DNA of 32,000 nt, from the NCBI RefSeq assembly GCF_013177435.1, contig NZ_CP053627.1, forward strand, positions 2,370,001 to 2,402,000. Reading direction: 5' to 3'. This document shows, piece after piece, positions 12,378 to 22,776 of this stretch; positions within the stretch are counted from its first letter, which is position 1, and every line of letters starts with the position of its first letter. The notes beneath the pieces were generated by a model. That model was given only the letters and a program-made list of their open reading frames with translations, made no database searches and was not told the origin of the DNA. The position numbers and the translations under genes were made by a program. Source of the DNA: Xylella taiwanensis. GTDB taxonomy: Bacteria > Pseudomonadota > Gammaproteobacteria > Xanthomonadales > Xanthomonadaceae.

Positions 12378-13778
12378 ATGACGGTGGCCAGCGTTGAGCA
12401 AATGTTCTCTGGGACAATTCCGGTGGGCAGTGAGGTGACAGTCCGTGGCTGGGTGCGTACCCGGCGCGATTCCAAAGCTGGCCTCAGTTTCGTCAGTGTC
12501 AGCGACGGTTCCTGCTTCGCTGCAATCCAAGTCATCATTCCAGCCCACCTGGCCAATTACGAAGCAGAAGTACGCAAACTCACTGCAGGTTGCGCCATCA
12601 TCGTCATCGGCACCATGGTGCTCTCACTTGGCCAGGGTCAGCGGTTCGAAATCCAGGCCCAGAGGATTGAGGTCGTCGGTTGGGTCGAAGATCCGGAAAC
12701 ATACCCGATCCAGCCCAAGCCACATTCACTGGAATTCTTGCGGGAGGTGGCGCATCTGCGTCCGCGCACCAATCTGTTTGGTGCAGTCACCCGCATCCGC
12801 CACTGCCTATCGCAAGCGGTGCACCGCTTTTTTCACGAGAATGGGTACTGCTGGATTACCACACCGATCATCACCACTTCCGACGCGGAAGGTGCCGGAC
12901 AAATGTTCCGCGTATCTACACTGGACTTAGTCAATCTGCCGCGCACGGATAGCGGTGAAATCGACTTTTCAAATGACTTCTTTGGCAAAGAAACTTTCTT
13001 GACCGTCTCCGGTCAGCTCAACGTCGAAGCCTACGCACTGGCGCTGAGCAAGGTCTACACCTTCGGCCCGACGTTCCGCGCCGAGAATAGCCACACGCCC
13101 CGTCATCTTGCAGAATTCTGGATGATTGAGCCAGAGATCGCCTTCGCCGATTTGGCTGAGGATGCACACGTGGCCGAACAGTTCCTCAAGTTTCTGTTCA
13201 AAACGGTATTAGAAGAGCGTGCCGACGACTTGGCGTTCATCACCGAACGCGTGGAGAAAACCACGATCAGCAAGCTGGAAGCTTTTATCAACGCACCGTT
13301 CGAGCGGATTGAGTACGCAGACGCCATCATGCTGTTGGAAAAGTCCGGCAAAAAGTTTGATTTTCCAGTTGAATGGGGCCTGGACCTGCAAACCGAGCAC
13401 GAACGCTGGCTGACTGAGGAACACATCGGTCGCCCGGTCGTAGTGACGAACTATCCCGAGCACATCAAAGCGTTTTACATGCGACTGAACGACGACGGTA
13501 AAACTGTCGCAGCCATGGACGTGCTGGCCCCGGGCATCGGCGAAATCATCGGCGGCAGCCAACGGGAGGAACGCTTGGACATGCTCGATATGCGCATGGC
13601 GCAATTCGGTCTTGACCCAGTACATTACCAGTGGTATCGCGATTTCCGCCGCTACGGCTCGGTGCCGCATGCTGGCTTCGGCCTGGGGTTTGAACGTTTG
13701 GTGGTCTACGTATGCGGGCTGAGCAACATCCGCGATGCAATCCCCTATCCACGTGCGCCCGGCAGCGCCGAATTTTGA
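12378..13778 (+). CDS. asnS: Asparagine--tRNA ligase
   Basis: The 466-aa class IIb aaRS has an N-terminal OB anticodon domain ([24 protein letters not shown]), motif 2 ([21 protein letters not shown]) and motif 3 ([10 protein letters not shown]). Its length and ending are typical of AsnRS. A GGTGGAG SD lies upstream. Confidence 0.95.
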   Translation: MTVASVEQMFSGTIPVGSEVTVRGWVRTRRDSKAGLSFVSVSDGSCFAAIQVIIPAHLANYEAEVRKLTAGCAIIVIGTMVLSLGQGQRFEIQAQRIEVVGWVEDPETYPIQPKPHSLEFLREVAHLRPRTNLFGAVTRIRHCLSQAVHRFFHENGYCWITTPIITTSDAEGAGQMFRVSTLDLVNLPRTDSGEIDFSNDFFGKETFLTVSGQLNVEAYALALSKVYTFGPTFRAENSHTPRHLAEFWMIEPEIAFADLAEDAHVAEQFLKFLFKTVLEERADDLAFITERVEKTTISKLEAFINAPFERIEYADAIMLLEKSGKKFDFPVEWGLDLQTEHERWLTEEHIGRPVVVTNYPEHIKAFYMRLNDDGKTVAAMDVLAPGIGEIIGGSQREERLDMLDMRMAQFGLDPVHYQWYRDFRRYGSVPHAGFGLGFERLVVYVCGLSNIRDAIPYPRAPGSAEF

Positions 13779-15125
13779 AATAGGCCCGGTGGCTGCCTCA
13801 ACCATACCAATTGCTACTGCGAGCATCGCCCTAGCTCGCCACATTGTGCTGAACCATATCATCAGCCTCCTGCTCGGCTGGGGCGAACAGGGCACCACAC
13901 CATCTGAGGCTGAGCGGATACAGCACTATCACGCAACATTACAAAGTGCGCTATCCAGCTTCTGGAAAACATCTGTCTGACTGGCCCTGCGGACCTCCGG
14001 ATCTCCATGACCGGGGAGTGTGGTGCAACCCTGACACGTCACAAACGACAGCCTGGAATTGCTGTTCGCAATCAGGCATCCGCCTAAGCAAGCGAATCCT
14101 CACATTAAACTCAGTAGCACAGTCGAAATATTGAACAGTGACACCAGGGACAGCCCCAAGACCAAGAACACACGTGCAATTTACAATTTGGATAAGAACG
14201 GCAAGCCAGCACCAGCTGCGCGCTTAACGGGATGACCCGCGACAGACCACCAGTGATGAGGCGCTACAGAGTCACATAAATCAACATGACGGACACCGAT
14301 AACAACACACTGACCAAGCAAGGAAAGCGTCTCCGATGTGCAACACCTCTTCACCTCCACGCTGCGCAGCAGAAACGCCACGCAGCGACCTCTGCTATCA
14401 CACTACAAGCGACCAATGCACACACGGATACAGCAACTGAAAATCTGCTGAAAACACACATTGCTCCAATCGCAATGCAGCGCCTTGGTCTTTCGAATCA
14501 CACATAAATCTTTGATTTTGAATCATGCGATGGGATACCGGGGTAACAGCACATTGAGTCGCGGTGAATTCAGGCGTCATCGTCACAATGTAGTCAGTGC
14601 TCACTCGATACAGCGGACACTAGCTTCTTCATACATCGTTCTCTTATTAGCGAGGACTTCACTTTCATCCAGATCGAATGAACCAAGGGCGCTGCACCAG
14701 TTACCATTGAGATAGTCTGCACATTCAGTTCTTCTTGAATAACTGATAATGTCGTGCTGGCAACAAGATGTTGTTTTCCGAAGGGTATCGCATCGTCATG
14801 GCATCGCTCGCTGCTATATCGCACGAAGGTGGGGTATAGGTGTCTTCATGGGGTTACCACACAAATGTTGTAAAGCGTGCTCCGCATATGAACGGTTAAT
14901 GTAGTCGCAATATCAAATACATCGATACATCTTTCACAACACCTAAGCAGCAATACTTCTCATGAAATAAGGTTGATTTCAGTTGAAATAGTGATCATCC
15001 GGGCACATTACTCCAGTGTATGGCACAGATGCGCATTCTCGCAGTGAGGCAACCGGAGAAGTTCAGTGGATACATCTGATCCGTGTGTCTGCTTTTAAAT
15101 GAATAAAAACGTGAAAGTGAATTGA

Positions 15126-15929
15126 ATGATGAAATATTTCCCCACCATGATCGCACTTTCCGATATTGCTGCTGCTGTCAGAAAATATCCCCTGGTAGGC
15201 CTGCTCGGTTGGCAAGACGTGCGTCAGCGCTATCAACGTTCCGTGCTCGGACCGTTTTGGCTGACCATTAGTATGGTGGTCATGATTGCAACGATGGGAC
15301 TCGTTTTCGGTCAGATACTCAATGTACCCCTCACCGAATTCCTACCGTTTCTCACAGCAGGAATCATTATCTGGGGCTTTATTTCAACAGTGATTAATGA
15401 AGGCTGCGGTGCATTCACCTCGGCAGAAGCAATCATCAAGCAGCTACCAATCCCTCTGTTCGTACACGTGATGCGACCCATCTGGCGCAATATCATCGTC
15501 GTACTACACAACATTGTGATTCTGCCACTGGTCTTTATCGGCGTTGGGAAGCACATTGGCCTCACCGCGTTGTTGAGCATCCTCGGCTTTTTAGTGCTGG
15601 TGTTAAATCTTGCATGGGTGACCTTAATACTGAGCGTGATCTGTACAAGGTATCGCGATTTGTCGCAAATCGTATCTAACTCGACCCAGGTGGCATTCTA
15701 TTTGACACCCATCATCTGGATGCCGACCCACCTGCCCGCATCAACGACGGACTATTTGCTTAAGTTGAATCCGATTTACCACATCGTCGAAGTGGTGCGT
15801 GCACCACTATTAGGCACTGTGCCCACTGCTTTGAACTGGCAGATATCGATTTCGCTTGCAGTCGTTGGATGGATATTGGCCACCTTGATTTACGACCGTT
15901 ACAAGCGCCGCATCGCCTATTGGCTCTAA
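15126..15929 (+). CDS. ABC-2 type polysaccharide/polyol-phosphate export permease (Wzm/KpsM/TagG-like)
   Basis: The 267-aa product has about 6 predicted TM helices and the ABC-2 N-terminal pattern (WQDVRQRYQRSVLGPFWLTISM). The cognate ATPase gene follows 9 nt downstream. GC is visibly lower than in flanking genes. Confidence 0.85.
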   Translation: MMKYFPTMIALSDIAAAVRKYPLVGLLGWQDVRQRYQRSVLGPFWLTISMVVMIATMGLVFGQILNVPLTEFLPFLTAGIIIWGFISTVINEGCGAFTSAEAIIKQLPIPLFVHVMRPIWRNIIVVLHNIVILPLVFIGVGKHIGLTALLSILGFLVLVLNLAWVTLILSVICTRYRDLSQIVSNSTQVAFYLTPIIWMPTHLPASTTDYLLKLNPIYHIVEVVRAPLLGTVPTALNWQISISLAVVGWILATLIYDRYKRRIAYWL

Positions 15930-15938
15930 CAAAACAAC

Positions 15939-16679
15939 ATGGCTCTGATCAAATTCGAGAACGTTTGTGTCGATTTTCCGATCTATAACGCAAACAGCAG
16001 ATCACTGAAGAAGCAGCTCATCCAGGTCGTCACCGGCGGTCAGTTACGCAAGGAAGAAAGCGGTCGCGTTGTAGTCAGTGTATTAAAAGGTTTGACGTTC
16101 ACTTTGCAAGACGGAGCGCGCGTTGGTCTGCTCGGCCACAATGGTGCCGGGAAAAGCACATTGCTGCGCCTGTTAAATGGTGTCTACTTCCCTTCCTCGG
16201 GCAAAGCACAGATCGAAGGCACCACGGGGTCACTGATCGACATTTCACTGGGAACGGATCCGGAAGCCACTGGACGAGAGAACATCTACCTACGTGGTGC
16301 GCTGCTCGGTATGACCAAGACCGAGATAAACCGCACCGTGAATGAAATCATCGAATTCTCCGAACTTGGCGATTTCATCGACATGCCGTTGCGAACTTAT
16401 TCGACAGGCATGCACCTGCGGTTAGCATTTTCAGTGTCCACCATCTTGCGCCCAGAGATACTACTGATGGACGAGTGGTTATCGGTTGGCGACGAGGGCT
16501 TCAGGCAAAAGGCCGAAAAACGCATGTCCGAACTTGTACAAGCAACCAACATTCTCGTCGTCGCCAGCCACTCCAAACAGCTAATTCTAAATACATGTAA
16601 TCGGGTGATTTGGCTGGAACATGGCCAGATCCGGATGGATGGCAGCGCGCAAGAGGTGTGTACTGCGTACTTTGGGTGA
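15939..16679 (+). CDS. Polysaccharide/polyol-phosphate ABC exporter ATP-binding protein (Wzt/KpsT/TagH-like, short form)
   Basis: Walker A is GHNGAGKST, the family-typical signature is YSTGMHLRLAF and Walker B is ILLMDE. At 246 aa it consists of the nucleotide-binding domain only, with no C-terminal carbohydrate-binding extension. Confidence 0.88.
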   Translation: MALIKFENVCVDFPIYNANSRSLKKQLIQVVTGGQLRKEESGRVVVSVLKGLTFTLQDGARVGLLGHNGAGKSTLLRLLNGVYFPSSGKAQIEGTTGSLIDISLGTDPEATGRENIYLRGALLGMTKTEINRTVNEIIEFSELGDFIDMPLRTYSTGMHLRLAFSVSTILRPEILLMDEWLSVGDEGFRQKAEKRMSELVQATNILVVASHSKQLILNTCNRVIWLEHGQIRMDGSAQEVCTAYFG

Positions 16680-17016
16680 GAATTCCTGCGTGTCACGCAC
16701 GTGATCCCCATATGATGGCGCAGCCAATCCGAAGCAAGCATGAACACGGTTTTGAATACGGCGACACCCGCCCCATAGGCTAGGGCTGTAACACTACATG
16801 TTCTGAACATGTACGGCTCGATCCGCGATAACTCATTGATTCATCCTCACTCACTGTGATCAATGCCTTCGATGCTCTTGTTCCCATGCACCTCTGTGAG
16901 TCGCAGGAGAACTGACACGTATGCCTCTGATCCTCTCTATCAGTGTGTTCAGGCACTTCTGGCACTCATGATCCGTGATAAAATCTTCACTTTTTATCAA
17001 TCAACGCTCGATCGCG

Positions 17017-17302
17017 ATGAACGTCGCTCAGCAGAAAACCAGCTCCTTAGCCATCGCAAGCCTGATCACCAGTATCCTTAGGCTTAACCCTATTACCAGT
17101 CATCGGAAGTCTATGCACGATCATCACCGTCCACATGGCACGCGCCGACATTCAGCGTCAGCCTGAAACATTGAAATGTGATGAGCTGGCAATCGTTGGC
17201 TTGGTGCTTGGCTGGTTAGTCGTCATGATGATGGCGCTAATTTTTCTGATACTAATGCTCTTCTGCGGTGGTCTCGCTTGGTTCATCCACCTAAGCTCCT
17301 AA
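17017..17302 (+). pseudogene. DUF4190-like small two-TM membrane protein gene disrupted by a +1 frameshift
   Basis: Frame 1 from ATG 17017 gives MNVAQQKTSSLAIASLITSI. It then drifts into non-homologous sequence and stops at 17164-17166. Frame 2, open from 17066, continues as LGLTLLPVIGSLCTIITVHMARADIQRQPETLKCDELAIVGLVLGWLVVMMMALIFLILMLF...* with its stop at 17300-17302. Joined near 17075-17080, the two pieces reproduce the DUF4190 layout (LAIASL..ILG...I...GH.A...I.....G..AI.GLVLGW). The second half is below 60 aa and is not in the ORF track. Confidence 0.55.
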
Positions 17303-17595
17303 ATTCATCCATCATTTCCGATCTTCTCAGCAGCCCTTGCACAAGTTAAGCAACTCACTACATCCATTACAATCAGCACTGCTCAGCAGTACTGATCAAC
17401 TGAGTGAAACGCACAGAACCCCAGACATAGAAAAACTCCACGGACTCACCCCTGCTGTTACCATCCGAGCATCCACATCCATACCACACGCTAAGACAGG
17501 CAGCACGGCATCCTTTGTCACAGATAAGCATGCAACTGTCCTATCAGCCTTAAGTACCGGACATGCGCCTTTGCTGGGACGCTAACTTGAGCAAT

Positions 17596-18651
17596 ATGTA
17601 TTCCATTTTCCGTCCCTTCCTATTCGCCTGCGACGCAGAGCGTGCACACGACCTCAGCCTACGCACCCTGGAAATCGCCTACCACAGCGGGGCATTACCT
17701 CTGCTGGCACGCCATCCAACACCGTTACCAACCACAGCCTTCGGTCTGAACTTTCGCAACCCTGTCGGCTTAGCCGCTGGCCTGGACAAAAATGGCACTC
17801 ACATTGACGCTCTGTTCGCATTGGGCTTTGGCTTCATCGAAATCGGCACAACCACCCCACGTCCACAACCAGGGAATCCCAAGCCACGCCTTTTTCGCCT
17901 GACTCAACCGCAAGCCGTCATCAACCGAATGGGCTTTAACAACCTGGGCGTAGACACACTGGTACGTAATGTTGAATACGCCAAGCGACGCCACGGCCTG
18001 CTCGGAATCAACATCGGCAAGAACAAAGACACTCCTAACGAACAGGCCGGTAATGACTATCGGCATTGTCTGGAACGGGTCTATGCACTCGCAGACTATG
18101 TCGCTGTCAACATCTCCTCGCCAAATACCGCTGACCTGCGAGCGCTGCAAGAGGAACAGACATTGCGTCGCTTGATCGGAGAATTGCGTGAGGCACAAGA
18201 AGCGCTGGCAGCGCAACACGGCCGCCGTGTACCAATGCTGATCAAGATGGCACCAGATCTAAGCGATAGCGACATTGACGCAGCAGCACGTGTGCTCGGC
18301 GATATGCGTGTGGACGGAGTGATCGCCACCAACACCACCGTGACGCGCCCATTGCTAAGACAACATCCGCTAGCAAGCCAAGCGGGTGGTCTGTCCGGTG
18401 CACCCCTGCTAGGGCAATCCACTCTAGTGCTACGCCGGCTGCGCACCCGTTTACCTGAAACAATTTCTTTGATCGGCGTGGGCGGCATCTGTTCCGGTGC
18501 CGACGCCGTTGCCAAGATGGCCGCCGGTGCTAGCCTGGTACAGTGCTACACCGGTCTGGTATTCCAAGGCCCCAGGTTGGTCGGAGAATGCGTGGAAGCA
18601 ATCCGCCGCCGGCGCGAAGCCTCTAGCAGCGGCAAGGCAAACACGCTATGA
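17596..18651 (+). CDS. pyrD: Dihydroorotate dehydrogenase (quinone), class 2
   Basis: It is collinear with E. coli PyrD over long stretches: [67 protein letters not shown] and GVGGI. I trimmed the start from 17563 to ATG 17596 ([10 protein letters not shown]). Confidence 0.95.
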   Translation: MYSIFRPFLFACDAERAHDLSLRTLEIAYHSGALPLLARHPTPLPTTAFGLNFRNPVGLAAGLDKNGTHIDALFALGFGFIEIGTTTPRPQPGNPKPRLFRLTQPQAVINRMGFNNLGVDTLVRNVEYAKRRHGLLGINIGKNKDTPNEQAGNDYRHCLERVYALADYVAVNISSPNTADLRALQEEQTLRRLIGELREAQEALAAQHGRRVPMLIKMAPDLSDSDIDAAARVLGDMRVDGVIATNTTVTRPLLRQHPLASQAGGLSGAPLLGQSTLVLRRLRTRLPETISLIGVGGICSGADAVAKMAAGASLVQCYTGLVFQGPRLVGECVEAIRRRREASSSGKANTL

Positions 18652-19703
18652 GCATACAGATCAATACTCCTGACTGGATCCTCCATGCCAACGTGCCACT
18701 TCGTGACCTGAACACCTTCCATATCCAGGCACAAGCACGCTGGCTACTGGAGATCATTCATCCGACCGCACTGCCGCAAGCACTGACGCACCCCCACATC
18801 GCTGGCCTACCGGTATTGGTGCTTGGCAGTGGCAGTAACGTATTGCTCGCGGCCAATCCTGAGAACTGTGTGCTGCACTTCGTCAACCGTGACGTCACGA
18901 TCCTTGAACATCGAATCAATCACGCACTAGTACGCGCCGGTGCAGGTATGGCTTGGCATGACTTGGTTCTGTGGTCACTGCAACAGGGGCTGTCCGGACT
19001 GGAAAACCTGGCACTGATCCCAGGCACCGTCGGAGCCTGCTCAATTCACAACATCGGCGCGTATGGCGTGCAAGTCGACGAGTTCGTGCATGTCGTCGAG
19101 GCCTATGATCAGGTCCAAGGCAAGTTCGTGAGACTGCCTGTATCCGAATGTGGATTCGCTTACCGCGACAGTCGATTCAAGCGGGAACCAGATCGCTACC
19201 TAATCGTGGCAGTGGAATTCCGTCTCCCGTTGTTGCATGAACTCAAACTCAATTACGCAGGGATCACCGAAGAATTGGAGGCGCTGCAGATCACCTTGCC
19301 AGAGCCACGCGATATCGCCCAGGCCGTGATCAATCTCCGGCGCCGCAAACTACCGGATCCGGATGTGCTCAGCAACGCCGGCAGCTTTTTTAAGAATCCA
19401 CACCTGCCGCATGCACAGGCCGAACAGTTACGCCAACACTACCCAACACTCCCCATCTACCCAGGCGAGACACCAGCATCAAGCAAGCTGTCAGCGGCTT
19501 GGCTCATCGAACAGTGTGGATGGAAAGGCGTGCGTGAAGGCGATGCCGGAGTTGCGCCACAGCATGCACTGGTGCTGGTTAACTACGGCGAGGCGACCGG
19601 TGCCGAGCTGCTGGCGCTGGCACGGCGCATCGCCGCTTCAGTGCAAGAACGCTTCGGTGTGGCCATCGAACCGGAACCACGCTTGATTGGAGCACACTGG
19701 TGA
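18648..19703 (+). CDS. murB: UDP-N-acetylenolpyruvoylglucosamine reductase
   Basis: The 351-aa product has the FAD-binding PCMH domain (LGSGSNVL) and the MurB C-terminal motifs ([20 protein letters not shown]). Its ATG overlaps the pyrD stop as ATGA at 18648-18651. Confidence 0.93.
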   Translation: MSIQINTPDWILHANVPLRDLNTFHIQAQARWLLEIIHPTALPQALTHPHIAGLPVLVLGSGSNVLLAANPENCVLHFVNRDVTILEHRINHALVRAGAGMAWHDLVLWSLQQGLSGLENLALIPGTVGACSIHNIGAYGVQVDEFVHVVEAYDQVQGKFVRLPVSECGFAYRDSRFKREPDRYLIVAVEFRLPLLHELKLNYAGITEELEALQITLPEPRDIAQAVINLRRRKLPDPDVLSNAGSFFKNPHLPHAQAEQLRQHYPTLPIYPGETPASSKLSAAWLIEQCGWKGVREGDAGVAPQHALVLVNYGEATGAELLALARRIAASVQERFGVAIEPEPRLIGAHW

Positions 19704-20596
19704 GCCAAGCACAGACGCCGCTACGTGCGGCGATGCTGATGCTTTTCAGCACGCTTTCGTTTGGGATGATGGCGATTACCATCCGTTACGCCTCAGCTCA
19801 GATAGCTACGACCGAAATTGCATTCTTCCGCAATGCGTTCGGCCTGCTTGTGCTACTCCCATTGATACTTGGGCCAGGCAAGCGGCTGCCACTTACCGAA
19901 CATGGGTCACGTTACCTGGTACGCACCGCGATCGGCCTGGTATCGATGCTGTGTAACTTTTGGGCCATCGGCCATTTGCCCCTAGCACAAGCCATCACCC
20001 TGTCCTACTCCACCCCACTGTTTGCGACCATTCTGGCCGTCCTGTGGCTGCATGAGGTCGTGCGGCTGCGGCGGTGGCTGGCGGTGGTGGCAGGTTTCGC
20101 TGGCATACTGGTGTTGCTACAACCCTGGTCGAGCACGTTCAGTCCAGCCTTGCTGGTAGCACTGGCCGCAGCCTTGATCAATGCAGTAGTTACGATTCAA
20201 ATCAAGCAACTCTCGCACCTTGATCCACCAGACACGGTGGTGTTCTACACCTACGCGTTCTGGATTCCGTTATCGCTGCTGCCAGCGCTGTGGCAGTGGC
20301 ACTGGCCGCAAGGACTGGACTGGGTCTGGCTAATCGCCACCGGCACATTTGGCACGATTGGGCAGCTACTGTGGACCCGTGCATTACGCCTGGGAGAAAT
20401 CTCGGCATTACAGCCAATCGGCTTCATGCAGCTGCCGCTAGTTGCGCTGCTCGGGTGGTGGCTATTCGGGGAACGTTTGGATCGCTACACCGTGTTAGGT
20501 GCATCAATCATTATTGCCGCTAACGTCTACATCACACATCGCGAGACAGTGTTGGCACGACGCGCAGCGGCCGCGGCGATGCAAAAAAGCAAGTAG
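19700..20596 (+). CDS. EamA/DMT-superfamily transporter (10 TM)
   Basis: The 298-aa hydrophobic protein shows the duplicated 5-TM EamA pattern. Its GTG start overlaps the murB stop as GTGA at 19700-19703. An ATG at 19733 is an alternative start. Confidence 0.8.
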   Translation: MSQAQTPLRAAMLMLFSTLSFGMMAITIRYASAQIATTEIAFFRNAFGLLVLLPLILGPGKRLPLTEHGSRYLVRTAIGLVSMLCNFWAIGHLPLAQAITLSYSTPLFATILAVLWLHEVVRLRRWLAVVAGFAGILVLLQPWSSTFSPALLVALAAALINAVVTIQIKQLSHLDPPDTVVFYTYAFWIPLSLLPALWQWHWPQGLDWVWLIATGTFGTIGQLLWTRALRLGEISALQPIGFMQLPLVALLGWWLFGERLDRYTVLGASIIIAANVYITHRETVLARRAAAAAMQKSK

Positions 20597-20603
20597 ATCG
20601 CAC

Positions 20604-21308
20604 TCAAGACCCCAGAGTACAGTTCTGGCGCCAGCGGCACGGCCGGTCATCATCGCGGAACATCAACAAATACAACCCGGCCACCCAAACCAGCGCCAGA
20701 CTCCAACCGCCAAGAATGTCGGAAGGGTAATGCACGCCAAAATAGATACGCGAGATACTCAGCAGCAGAACGAACATCCCTCCCAATACCATCAACACCC
20801 CACGGCAGCGTACATCCCACAACAGTGCAATCAGCACTGCAACCATCGTCATCGAATCCATCGCGTGGGCACTGGGAAAGCTGAAACCATGAACCGGGAC
20901 AATGACCTCCCACAGATCAGGCCGCTCACGCTGGAAGAAATGCTTGGCACCAATATTCAAGAGCCTCGAACCAACAAGACTCAATCCCGCGAAGCTAGCT
21001 GCATGCCAGCGCCGCCGCCCCAGCAAAATCAGCACAATCGACGCATCGGTCAAAACCACTCCATACCGGTAACCCTGCTCAGTCACTGTGACAAAGAAGG
21101 TATCCAGATCCAGCGAGGCCAATGCTCGCATCCAATACAACAACGGCATGTCGAAGCAGAAAGACTGGCGTTCGTAAACCCTGACAGCCAAAACGACAAA
21201 CAGAGCAAGCGGCAGCAACACACCAAAGAACAGCAACTGACTACGCCGGGAATGACCGCGTAGCCAGCGACATAAGCCGACAAGCGCATCAGTAGGGAGA
21301 ACGGGCAT
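20604..21308 (-). CDS. PAP2-family membrane phosphatase (phosphatidic acid / undecaprenyl-diphosphate phosphatase type)
   Basis: The three PAP2 motifs are present: [13 protein letters not shown] and [16 protein letters not shown]. There are multiple TM helices. ATG 21308 overlaps the ispG 3' end by 20 nt. Confidence 0.85.
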   Translation of the reverse strand: MPVLPTDALVGLCRWLRGHSRRSQLLFFGVLLPLALFVVLAVRVYERQSFCFDMPLLYWMRALASLDLDTFFVTVTEQGYRYGVVLTDASIVLILLGRRRWHAASFAGLSLVGSRLLNIGAKHFFQRERPDLWEVIVPVHGFSFPSAHAMDSMTMVAVLIALLWDVRCRGVLMVLGGMFVLLLSISRIYFGVHYPSDILGGWSLALVWVAGLYLLMFRDDDRPCRWRQNCTLGS

Positions 21309-22554
21309 ACCGGCGTTCTACATAGTCGTCAACCAAAGCGATGAAGTCCTGGGCAATGTTTTCCCCACGCAAGGTGACCGTCTTCTCACCATCAATGAAC
21401 ACCGGCGCAACCGGCACCTCGCCCGTGCCAGGCAGCGAAATACCAATGTTGGCGTGACGCGACTCACCCGGTCCGTTCACCACGCACCCCATGACCGCCA
21501 AGGTCATGGTTTCTGCACCAGGGTGAGTGATCTTCCACACCTGCATCTTGCCGCGCACATGCTCTTGCACAGTTTTGGCCAGTTCCTGAAAGAATTCCGA
21601 AGTGGTACGCCCACACCCCGGGCAGGCCGTAACCATCGGAGTAAAGGCACGATGGCCAGTTGTCTGCAATAACTCCTGGGCCACGATGACCTCCTGGGTG
21701 CGTGATTGCCCGGGCTCAGGCGTCAACGAAACGCGGATCGTATCCCCGATCCCTTCCTGCAGCAATATTGCCAGCGCCGCTGAGGAAGCAACGATGCCTT
21801 TGCTACCGATACCAGCCTCAGTCAGACCCAGATGCAAAGCAAAGTCGCAGCGCACCGCCATGTCACGGTATACCGCAATGAGCTCCTGGACACCGGACAC
21901 CTTGGCCGAAAGCACGATGCGATCACGCGGCAACCCCAGCTCGACGGCACGCTCTGCAGAGTCCACCGCCGAGCAGATCAGCACCTCACGCAGCACACGA
22001 GCAGCATCCCATGGTCGTTTGCGTCGACTGTTCTCATCCATCAATTGCGCCGCCAGTGTCTGATCCAGTGACCCCCAATTGGCACCAATCCTTACGGGTT
22101 TGCCGTATCGGATCGCACATTCAATCAATTGGCCAAACTGTAAGTCCCTCTTCTTACCAAAACCGACGTTACCGGGATTGATCCGGTACTTGGCCAGTAC
22201 CTCGGCACATGCCGATTCAGCAGCCAATAACTGATGACCGTTGTAATGAAAATCACCGATCAACGGCACTTCAATGCCCATCATCGCCAATCGTTCAGCA
22301 ATACGCGGGATCGCCGCGGCCGACTCGGCATTATTGACGGTCAACCTCACCATCTCAGAACCAGCGCGCCACAATTCAGCGACCTGTTTGGTGCTGGCAA
22401 CAACGTCGGCCGTATCCGTGTTGGTCATGGACTGCACCACCACCGGCTGCCCCCCTCCAACAGTCACGTTACCAATTCTGACTGCCTGCGTACTGCGACG
22501 CGGCCAAGGTGCGGCCGCAACAGAAGCAGTTGAACGAGTCACGGTGTCGTACAT
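21289..22554 (-). CDS. ispG: 4-hydroxy-3-methylbut-2-en-1-yl diphosphate synthase (flavodoxin), MEP pathway
   Basis: The 421-aa product has the GcpE signatures [11 protein letters not shown] and RINPGN, plus the C-terminal 4Fe-4S Cys ligands (ACPGCGRT ... [10 protein letters not shown]). Confidence 0.95.
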   Translation of the reverse strand: MYDTVTRSTASVAAAPWPRRSTQAVRIGNVTVGGGQPVVVQSMTNTDTADVVASTKQVAELWRAGSEMVRLTVNNAESAAAIPRIAERLAMMGIEVPLIGDFHYNGHQLLAAESACAEVLAKYRINPGNVGFGKKRDLQFGQLIECAIRYGKPVRIGANWGSLDQTLAAQLMDENSRRKRPWDAARVLREVLICSAVDSAERAVELGLPRDRIVLSAKVSGVQELIAVYRDMAVRCDFALHLGLTEAGIGSKGIVASSAALAILLQEGIGDTIRVSLTPEPGQSRTQEVIVAQELLQTTGHRAFTPMVTACPGCGRTTSEFFQELAKTVQEHVRGKMQVWKITHPGAETMTLAVMGCVVNGPGESRHANIGISLPGTGEVPVAPVFIDGEKTVTLRGENIAQDFIALVDDYVERRYARSPY

Positions 22555-22776
22555 ACGCGTATTTTAAACCTCGAGCCACTCAAGCAACCCACACCCCCGT
22601 CTTGGCGCTGAATCAAAGCCAATAACCGCACACACATCGTAGACACACTTGGCCGCGACCGCCCTATCTCGCACACCACACTCATCTAGCACCCAGACAA
22701 CCCACATAAATCATATGCTGACCATACAAAGGTTTGTCCACCACCACCCTACAATCAGTAAATATGATGGAGTCAC

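Noticed and set aside
13789-13980. A small ORF directly after asnS (GTG 13789, 63 codons, VAASTIPIATASIALARHIVLNHIISLLLGWGEQG...).
   Set aside because: It has no SD, a non-ATG start and no recognisable family, and its composition matches the surrounding decayed spacer.
14273-14282. The 10-mer CACATAAATC occurs three times, at 14273-14282, 14501-14510 and 22703-22712, all in spacers.
   Set aside because: The flanks share nothing and the spacers are strongly A/C-rich, which inflates the chance expectation. There is no associated structure and no consistent distance to any gene start. I note it only as a possible motif to test genome-wide.
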